A stretch of DNA of 64,000 nt from a virus. Positions 9,524 through 15,710 of this stretch are shown here, in pieces. The translations under genes and the position numbers were made by a program. The stretch covers positions 2,650 to 66,649 of IMG/VR virus record IMGVR_UViG_3300032224_001411, one strand, 5' to 3'. The notes under the pieces are model-generated. The model searched no databases. It worked only from the letters and a program-made list of their open reading frames with translations, and was not told the DNA's origin. The number at the start of each line of letters is the position of its first letter. Within the stretch, counting starts at the first letter, position 1.

Positions 9524-9925
9524 CTATCCGTAGACGATTTCGCCGTAGACCATTTGCTGTATCACACAGTCAGAGGTCATAGCGTCAAAGTCAAACTCGC
9601 TGTTGCCGTAGAACGATTGAGCCATTGAGTGACTGGCGTAGGTGTCCTGACTTAGCAGTTCCGCGTAAGCCTCTACCATCTTGTGAATACCAACCTCAAC
9701 GGTAATCGTCTTGTCCTCGTCTTTTGGGTCAAGAGCCGTGATACGAGCCAAGCCGACTTCTTCCCAAGACGAGCCGTTGAGAAACTCCACCGACTTAATG
9801 TGGTTACCAAAGAACTCCCAGCCACCACCGAACACCGAACTCCAAAGTCCACCAGCCTCAACCTTGACTGGAATAATTACCAGTTCCGAGTTGCGTGACA
9901 CTCGTGCTTCTGTTTCCTGTTCCAA
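9524..9925 (-). CDS. Hypothetical phage protein ending ...DCVIQQMVYGEIVYG
   Basis: Has its own promoter and terminator; C-terminus resembles a recurrent phage family (recalled, not searched). Confidence 0.75.
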   Translation of the reverse strand: MEQETEARVSRNSELVIIPVKVEAGGLWSSVFGGGWEFFGNHIKSVEFLNGSSWEEVGLARITALDPKDEDKTITVEVGIHKMVEAYAELLSQDTYASHSMAQSFYGNSEFDFDAMTSDCVIQQMVYGEIVYG

Positions 9926-10167
9926 TTTCTTGCCTTTCCGTTTCAGCGTTATTGCCTTGATATAAATCTATACCCTCGCAGCGGTTCAGTCAAGTCAGGG
10001 TGGTCGGGGCGGTTTTGTTTTTGCGAAGCAAAGGGCGAAGCCCTCACCGCGAAGCGGCCACTCGAGGGGCGAAGCTCCGAGGGGTTTTTGATTTTACGGT
10101 TTTTACGGTTTTACGGTTTTCCAACGCGCAAACGCGCCCCCCTTTCGGAGAGCGCGTTGCGGTTGGT

Positions 10168-10581
10168 TCAGGCTTCCTCAACCTCAAGGCTATCTGTCTG
10201 GTAGCCGTAGGCGAAGTCCATATCGCTGTCTGTGGTTTCGATACTTGCTTCGAAGTAGTCCTCGTAGTCGGAAACATCTTTTCCGAGCGGAATGGTGAGT
10301 GTTCCGCGCCAAGTGGCGGTCACTACGATTTCGACCTCTTGGGTGAGTTCGACACCAAGCGCGTCACATAGTTCGACAATGAAATCATCTTCACCGTCTA
10401 CTTCACCGTTGGCGATTGCGGTTTTGAGAATGTCACTTGCCTTGTCCACCATTTCTCGGTAGAAGTCCAATTTGCTGACTGCGAACTTACGGGCTTCCTC
10501 AGTTGCGATAAGCCTTGCCTTGACTTCTTTCAGAACATCAGTTGCTTCTGTGAGCGTGTTGCTCAATTCGGTGTTGTCCAC
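10168..10581 (-). CDS. Hypothetical acidic protein
   Basis: GTG start after the leader hairpin and CGGAG. Confidence 0.7.
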   Translation of the reverse strand: MDNTELSNTLTEATDVLKEVKARLIATEEARKFAVSKLDFYREMVDKASDILKTAIANGEVDGEDDFIVELCDALGVELTQEVEIVVTATWRGTLTIPLGKDVSDYEDYFEASIETTDSDMDFAYGYQTDSLEVEEA

Positions 10582-10728
10582 TTTTTTGTTCTCCGTTTCT
10601 GTCGGATTGTTCCGACACTCAATAGTCCCACGAATGACCGCCAATGTCAAGTCAAGGTGGGGGGCGATTTGTTTTTTATTTGATTTTTGAGTTGAGCAGT
10701 TTTAGACTTACTCAGGTCTGGGAGAAAC

Positions 10729-11079
10729 TTAGTTCTCGTCTTTGAGGTTGTTGATTAGGTCAGCAAACACGCTGTCGGTTTCTGCTTTCTCGTTTACCTC
10801 GTACCGTTCTAGGATTTTGGTTAGTAACCCACCTAGTTCGTCTTTGACATTTATGGTCGAATGAATGAGTGCTTCACGCCCCATACGCTTTACCCTGCCG
10901 TCTGCTTCTTTGTCGAAGTCTACTTCGGGGTCAAACGCGAGGTGGATACCCATAGCCAGAGAACCAGCCATAACAAAGAGGGCAAAGATTTCGCGGTCAG
11001 TCAAAGCCATCTTGCGAAGTTCGTCTTTGTAGTCAAGGTCATTGAGAGGGTTGTATTCCTCGTCACCTGATTTTGGCAT
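10729..11079 (-). CDS. Hypothetical protein
   Basis: ORF with GGGGG RBS. Confidence 0.65.
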   Translation of the reverse strand: MPKSGDEEYNPLNDLDYKDELRKMALTDREIFALFVMAGSLAMGIHLAFDPEVDFDKEADGRVKRMGREALIHSTINVKDELGGLLTKILERYEVNEKAETDSVFADLINNLKDEN

Positions 11080-11090
11080 TTTCGTACCCC

Positions 11091-11255
11091 CTAGTAGTTC
11101 TCTGCTACGAAATCGGACAGTTCTTTGAGGTTCGCACCGCTACTAATCAAAGCCAGCAGTTCCTCGTTTTCTGACAGTAGTTCGACAGGAACGAAGTGAA
11201 GTCCTGCGAGGATTGAGAGTGCGCCAACCGCACCCCCGAAATAATCTTTTACCAT
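11091..11255 (-). CDS. Small hypothetical protein
   Basis: Start moved to MVKDYFGG behind AGGAG. Confidence 0.6.
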   Translation of the reverse strand: MVKDYFGGAVGALSILAGLHFVPVELLSENEELLALISSGANLKELSDFVAENY

Positions 11256-11351
11256 TTTTTCTCCTATCGAGGATTGTTGTTTTGCCCCCGATATAATAAG
11301 AATACGCCCCCACCAAACCGAAGTCAAGTGGGGGCGTTTTTTTTTTCTTTG

Positions 11352-11588
11352 CTATTCAGCCCAAATACTGCTGTAGCAAGGGTCGCACATTCCTGAAATG
11401 AACCGTTCGCGTTCATAATTGGGTAAATCGGGAAGAATGTCTTGTATCATCAAGATACCTTGATTTACTCCGTACAGTTGTGCGCCGTCGATAGTTGCGG
11501 TCATTCCTGCTAAACCGCAATCGGGGCAGTCGGGAGAAGTAATTTCATACTTATCCTCGTTGAGTTTTTTGAGGTGTTGGATACGCAT
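11352..11588 (-). CDS. Zn-binding hypothetical protein
   Basis: CPDC...IQDILPDL...ERERFISGMCDPC. Confidence 0.7.
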   Translation of the reverse strand: MRIQHLKKLNEDKYEITSPDCPDCGLAGMTATIDGAQLYGVNQGILMIQDILPDLPNYERERFISGMCDPCYSSIWAE

Positions 11589-11836
11589 TAGTTTGCATCT
11601 ATCCAAGGTTCAGCAGGGTCGTATCCTGCTTCTTGGTCTGTTGAAACTTCGTGTGTAATACCGCAGTTGGCGCACTCAACTTCCCAGTCACCCCAATCGT
11701 TGGTAACTACGGTCTGCGCTTCATTGTGCTTGTTGTCGCAGTCTGGGTTTTCGCACTCAAACGCTTCATACTCAAACTCGTCAGCGTAAATGCCTGAACC
11801 CATCATTGACCCTTCGGGGTAGTTGTAACCAGCCAC
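11588..11836 (-). CDS. Acidic Zn-ribbon hypothetical protein
   Basis: CENPDC...CANC; RBS GAAAGGA. Confidence 0.7.
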   Translation of the reverse strand: MAGYNYPEGSMMGSGIYADEFEYEAFECENPDCDNKHNEAQTVVTNDWGDWEVECANCGITHEVSTDQEAGYDPAEPWIDAN

Positions 11837-12126
11837 TTTATTTCCTTTCGTTAGAAGTTATATTTAGTATCTCATTTATAGCAACCAATGTCAAGTCAAG
11901 GGGTGTCGGGGCGGTTTCTTTTTTCAAAGAAACGGTTTTCACCGCGTAGCGGTCACCGCGAAGCGGGGTTTTGATTTTAGGGTTTTACGGTTTTTACGGT
12001 TTTTGCCCCCAGAAATGGGGAAAGCCCCTACAAGCCTAACACTTGTAGGGGACTTTCCAGCCGAGGAAAGTAGGGGAAACCTCGGCTACTGGTGGTGGGG
12101 AAACGGAAATAAACCCACCACCAAGA

Positions 12127-12516
12127 TTAGACTACTTCGGGTTCCTCAACCTTTGACGGTGCTACTATCCGAGTTGCGACAGCAGTTGCCCAGAACAAGT
12201 CGTGACCGATAACCTCTGCTTCGATTTCGACATTTGTACCGACCCTATCATCAGTTGCCCAGTCGCGCACACGCAACCGACCTGAAACGATAATACGGTC
12301 ACCTTTTGAGAGCGAGGGAACGCAGTTGATAGCAAGTTGCTTGTATGCGGTAATGGTGTACCAGTTGGTCGAACTGTCCACCCATTTCAGAGTTGTTTTG
12401 TCGAAACGGCGTTGTGGTGAAGCGAGTCGGAACGAGGTGATAGCAAGCCCCTCGCTGGTTACAATGTGGCGCGGTGTTGTGGCGATAAGCCCTGTGACTG
12501 TGATTATGTCAGACAC
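12127..12516 (-). CDS. ssb: Single-stranded DNA-binding protein (actinobacterial type, short tail)
   Basis: ITVTG.IAT.P...FRLAS..RRFD...W....TNWYT...LA.N...SL.KGDRIIV.GRL..R.W....VEIEA..IGHDL OB-fold pattern. Confidence 0.9.
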   Translation of the reverse strand: MSDIITVTGLIATTPRHIVTSEGLAITSFRLASPQRRFDKTTLKWVDSSTNWYTITAYKQLAINCVPSLSKGDRIIVSGRLRVRDWATDDRVGTNVEIEAEVIGHDLFWATAVATRIVAPSKVEEPEVV

Positions 12517-12549
12517 TATTTCTCCTTTGTTTAGGTTGGTATGATAAAT

Positions 12550-12825
12550 CTATCGGGTGAGAGATATATTGTCAAGTCGGGCGGGGCTGTTTTGTTTTTC
12601 GTTGGAAGTTTGTAGTTTCCACCCTGCCAGCGTAACAATGTCATAGACAGTCACACCAAGACCGTCTGCGATACTTTCTAGCACTTCGCTAGAAACTTCG
12701 TTGTGACCTCGTTCGATTTCCGAGAGGTGAGCGATAGAAACATACTTACTCACATCAACGAGGTTCTTGCGCTTGTCCGTTCGGAGTTCGCGCAAGACCT
12801 CGCCAAGAGCCTCACGATACAGCAT
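12550..12825 (-). CDS. XRE-family HTH regulator, ClgR-like
   Basis: REALGEVLRELR...L.DVS..VS..HLSEIERG..EVSSEVL..I.D.LGV closely follows the actinobacterial ClgR pattern. Confidence 0.75.
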   Translation of the reverse strand: MLYREALGEVLRELRTDKRKNLVDVSKYVSIAHLSEIERGHNEVSSEVLESIADGLGVTVYDIVTLAGWKLQTSNEKQNSPARLDNISLTR

Positions 12826-13211
12826 TAGTAAACCACATCAGGTTCACAGCGCAGGGTTGGTTTGGGGACAGAGCCTTTGGTTTCTACTTCGTAGGTTTTA
12901 CCCTCGTATTCGTAGTGACCATAGTCAGCGTTGATATAAACGGTGGGGCTGTCAATCCAACCTTCGTCACTTCCAGTTTCGGCAGTATAGATACCAAACG
13001 ATACTTCACCGTCATACGCACCGAGATTGACCGAGAACTCGTGGAACAGTTGAGCCGTTAGATACGAGGGGTCACCGACCCGACCAGTCCGAGCCAAGAC
13101 ATTATGAACAGCCTGAACATTGTCCGTTCCTGACCAATGACCGTAGAAGCGGATTTCATTGTCGTTATCAAACGAGTTTGAGCGAATTACGATAAGCGAG
13201 CGATTTCCCAT
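12825..13211 (-). CDS. Hypothetical protein with C-terminal EPDVVY
   Basis: Start moved to MGNRSLIVI behind GAAAGGA; Y-x-HW motif. Confidence 0.75.
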   Translation of the reverse strand: MGNRSLIVIRSNSFDNDNEIRFYGHWSGTDNVQAVHNVLARTGRVGDPSYLTAQLFHEFSVNLGAYDGEVSFGIYTAETGSDEGWIDSPTVYINADYGHYEYEGKTYEVETKGSVPKPTLRCEPDVVY

Positions 13212-13267
13212 TTTTGGTTTCCTTTCGTTGGGGGTACTGCCAAGTCTATATTCGTGCGAAGTTCGTG

Positions 13268-13519
13268 TCAAGTTGGAGTTACTAGGTCGGGTTCTATTTT
13301 TCCTAGTGGCTTGTAACAAATGTCACCTGTCCGAATTACAAACTGCTTACCGCAACATTGACAAGTGAAGTGAACCATTGGTTCACTATTGATTGAGGCT
13401 GTGTAGAGGTTTTTTATTTCGATAATCCGAGGTGCGTTATGTTGTGCCAACTCGTAGCGGGAATATCCTGTGACTGCTGTTACTTCGGCATATTCAGTCG
13501 CTGACCGTATCTCCGTCAT
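13268..13519 (-). CDS. Hypothetical protein
   Basis: Overlaps the upstream ORF end; contains CQCC and EPDLV near the C-terminus. Confidence 0.5.
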   Translation of the reverse strand: MTEIRSATEYAEVTAVTGYSRYELAQHNAPRIIEIKNLYTASINSEPMVHFTCQCCGKQFVIRTGDICYKPLGKIEPDLVTPT

Positions 13520-13847
13520 AGACTACATCACTCTCCTCGCCACAATCGGGGCAGGTCACCTCACCGTCAACACTTTTTGAGCCGTAGTGATACTCCCAGC
13601 AATCCTCACAACGGAACTCGCCAATAACGCTGTGAACCGCGTCTTGCCAGTCCTCGTTGATTTGTTCCCAAGTATAATCACCAATGGTAAAGTTTTCTAT
13701 GACTTGTGCTTGGTGGGCTTCTGTTGCGGTAAAGCCGTTATTTTGGTCATCACCGACTTCGCTACCAGTCCAGTAAAGAAACATAATTGGTTCGTCTGGG
13801 TTCATAGCGGAAAGCGTTTTGATTACATCTGCGACTGTTTGTGCCAT
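13494..13847 (-). CDS. Hypothetical protein with C-terminal Zn ribbon
   Basis: MAQTVADVIKTL...CEDC...CPDC. Confidence 0.7.
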   Translation of the reverse strand: MAQTVADVIKTLSAMNPDEPIMFLYWTGSEVGDDQNNGFTATEAHQAQVIENFTIGDYTWEQINEDWQDAVHSVIGEFRCEDCWEYHYGSKSVDGEVTCPDCGEESDVVYDGDTVSD

Positions 13848-13964
13848 TTTTTTTCCTTTCGACAAGTCTAATCCTATACCATTTGGAGAGGCGAGGCACT
13901 TCCCGAGGGGGGTGAGAAGTGCCTCGCGTGGCAGGGGAAATGGAAGAAACCCTGCCCTACCTAC

Positions 13965-14303
13965 CTACGCCTTTGTGGTAGGGGCTTGGATTGTCGTGAT
14001 GAAGTCGTATTCAGTCACGCGCTTGGTGGCTTCGTAGGCAACAGGAAAGTCAATTTCCAGAGCCTTGCTGTCCACAGTGGTTCGCTTGCGGAAAGCAAGC
14101 GAGAGAACCTGAAAGCCGTTGATTGTTCCAACGGTGGCTTCACCAAGAGCCTCGCGGATTTCTTTTTCCGCTTGCGCTTTGACTTCCTCGGCTTCTTTGA
14201 TGATTTGCTTGGCTTCGACAAATGCCGTGAGAGCCTTACGAGCCTTTGCTTTTAGTTCGACCTTATCGGTCTGTGCTTCGGTTTTGGTTTTGGTGCTAGT
14301 CAT
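13965..14303 (-). CDS. Hypothetical coiled-coil protein, paralog of 8166-8480
   Basis: See 8166; start moved downstream of promoter 14379. Confidence 0.8.
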   Translation of the reverse strand: MTSTKTKTEAQTDKVELKAKARKALTAFVEAKQIIKEAEEVKAQAEKEIREALGEATVGTINGFQVLSLAFRKRTTVDSKALEIDFPVAYEATKRVTEYDFITTIQAPTTKA

Positions 14304-14385
14304 TTCGACTACTTCCCTTCTGTCGTTTTGTCTGGTCGGGTTCGACCTATTAGAAATACTACGCTTGTTGAGAACTCTTGTCAAG

Positions 14386-14619
14386 TCAGTAAATCAAATC
14401 GGGTTCTTGGGCTGTGGGGCTTGGGGTACGAGCATAGACAAACTCCTCAATCTCATCTACATATACATCTCCACCAGACCAGTCACCAAACTCCTCGTCT
14501 GCGTGGTGTCCGTTGTCAAGGAGTTCGTTGCCAAGTTCCTTGGCTTCATCCTCATTGTCAGCCTCAACTTCCACCGAGTACCAGACATAGGCACATTTCT
14601 GAACGCGATACTTTGCCAT
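14386..14619 (-). CDS. Small acidic protein (VEAxxEDEA motif, DpnD/PcfM-like), ends EPDLIY
   Basis: YRV...VEVEADNEDEA; paralog of the next ORF. Confidence 0.75.
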   Translation of the reverse strand: MAKYRVQKCAYVWYSVEVEADNEDEAKELGNELLDNGHHADEEFGDWSGGDVYVDEIEEFVYARTPSPTAQEPDLIY

Positions 14620-14849
14620 TAGTACACCAAGTCTGGTTCTTCTTTGGGGGTTTTGTTTGCTGGGTCGGTGGCGTTCTCGTCAATCAAGTCGGTTTCGCCC
14701 TCATCCCAGTATTCCCCAAAGTCACTATCATCCTCGTCACCGCTGGCAATCCTCTCAACGCCAATGTCATACGCTTCATCCTCGCTGTCAGCGTACACAT
14801 CTACATAGTGGTAACTCGTTGAGCCGAGTGTAATTCGATACAATCCCAT
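14619..14849 (-). CDS. Small acidic protein (DpnD/PcfM-like), ends EPDLVY
   Basis: YRI...VDVYADSEDEA; RBS GAAAGGA. Confidence 0.75.
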   Translation of the reverse strand: MGLYRITLGSTSYHYVDVYADSEDEAYDIGVERIASGDEDDSDFGEYWDEGETDLIDENATDPANKTPKEEPDLVY

Positions 14850-14868
14850 TGTCTTTCCTTTCGTCAGC

Positions 14869-15600
14869 CTAGTAAACTAGGTCGGGTTCTTGTGCGCTGG
14901 GGTCAATGATACCGTTTTCCTTGTTCCAGCGCAAGATTTCCTCGGCTCGGTCGGGGCAGTCCTCGTACCAGTCGTTCGGTTCGTCAGCCCACGCGCAGTT
15001 ACAACTATCCTCGCGGTCACGCTCAACATAGTCAGCGTGGCTGTCGGGGATATCCCACTCCTCGTCAATGACAATGGAACGCTCTCCATTATCATCAGGG
15101 TCGCTGGCAGACCACTCCGCGCCAAAGCCTTGTTCTTCTTCCCAGTTGAGGGTCATATCCAACGAGGGAAACTTGTTCATTAGAGTTCTTAGAAACTCCT
15201 CGGGTGGTGACCAAGGAGTTTGGAACTGAACCTGAAAGAAAGAATTACTGTCCTCGTTCTCCTCTGTCCAGACATAGACTTCGGAACAATCCCATTTACA
15301 ACCCCACTCTGACAAGTTCCAGTTGTACCAGTTGTATTGAGTATTGCCAACTTCCTCGCCATTTTCCCAGCCTTTTTTGCCATAGTATTCCTCGATCTTG
15401 TCGGCAGGTGGAGAAACAAACGCGAGGAAAGAGAACCCACCATTATCGTCATAGCGGAGTTCAGTCCGTTCGCCCTTGTCGTTTTCGACCCAGCCCTGCG
15501 GAACATCTTTTCCAACGAGCGACAGAAACTCAATCATCTCGGGATTATCCGATTTTCCATTGGAACTTACGGTGAGAGTGTTGCTTACCCAGTTTGGCAT
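14869..15600 (-). CDS. DUF1281/Api92-like ferredoxin-fold protein, ends EPDLVY
   Basis: MPNW..N.L...WYNW....WG.KW...F.TPWSPP motifs. Confidence 0.75.
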   Translation of the reverse strand: MPNWVSNTLTVSSNGKSDNPEMIEFLSLVGKDVPQGWVENDKGERTELRYDDNGGFSFLAFVSPPADKIEEYYGKKGWENGEEVGNTQYNWYNWNLSEWGCKWDCSEVYVWTEENEDSNSFFQVQFQTPWSPPEEFLRTLMNKFPSLDMTLNWEEEQGFGAEWSASDPDDNGERSIVIDEEWDIPDSHADYVERDREDSCNCAWADEPNDWYEDCPDRAEEILRWNKENGIIDPSAQEPDLVY

Positions 15601-15710
15601 TTTCGTTGTCCTTTCGTTTGCCTGTTACTGATACTACGCTCGTTCGTTGTTCGTGTCAAGTTGAGGTTGGTGGCAGGGAGAAAGGTGAGAAACGCCCTGC
15701 CACCAAGTTT

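Larger units (their letters stand above)
921..12060. repeat. Array of ~15 modular intergenic spacers (terminator + ACGGTTTT repeats + GNA-triloop hairpins + UP element + promoter) separating small gene cassettes
   Basis: Spacers at approx. 921-1195, 1561-1727, 2207-2399, 2961-3104, 3640-3775, 4351-4504, 4828-4980, 5396-5676, 6182-6348, 6750-6944, 7321-7484, 7964-8165, 9395-9523, 9988-10167, 11889-12060; the modules recur in the same order, although individual modules vary or are missing in some copies. Confidence 0.92.

Noticed and set aside
3310-10718. preQ1-I or SAM-II riboswitch identity for the small pseudoknots
   Set aside because: The topology is similar, but ligand-binding consensus residues and relevant downstream genes are absent.
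921-12060. CRISPR array or classical integron as the explanation for the repeats
   Set aside because: The repeats are long and variable and separate whole genes. There is no fixed-length repeat/spacer pattern, no cas or tyrosine integrase gene, and no consistent attC core sites were seen.
12825-15600. EPDLVY as a proteasome-activating HbYX motif
   Set aside because: Tyr is the terminal residue, not the penultimate one that HbYX requires.
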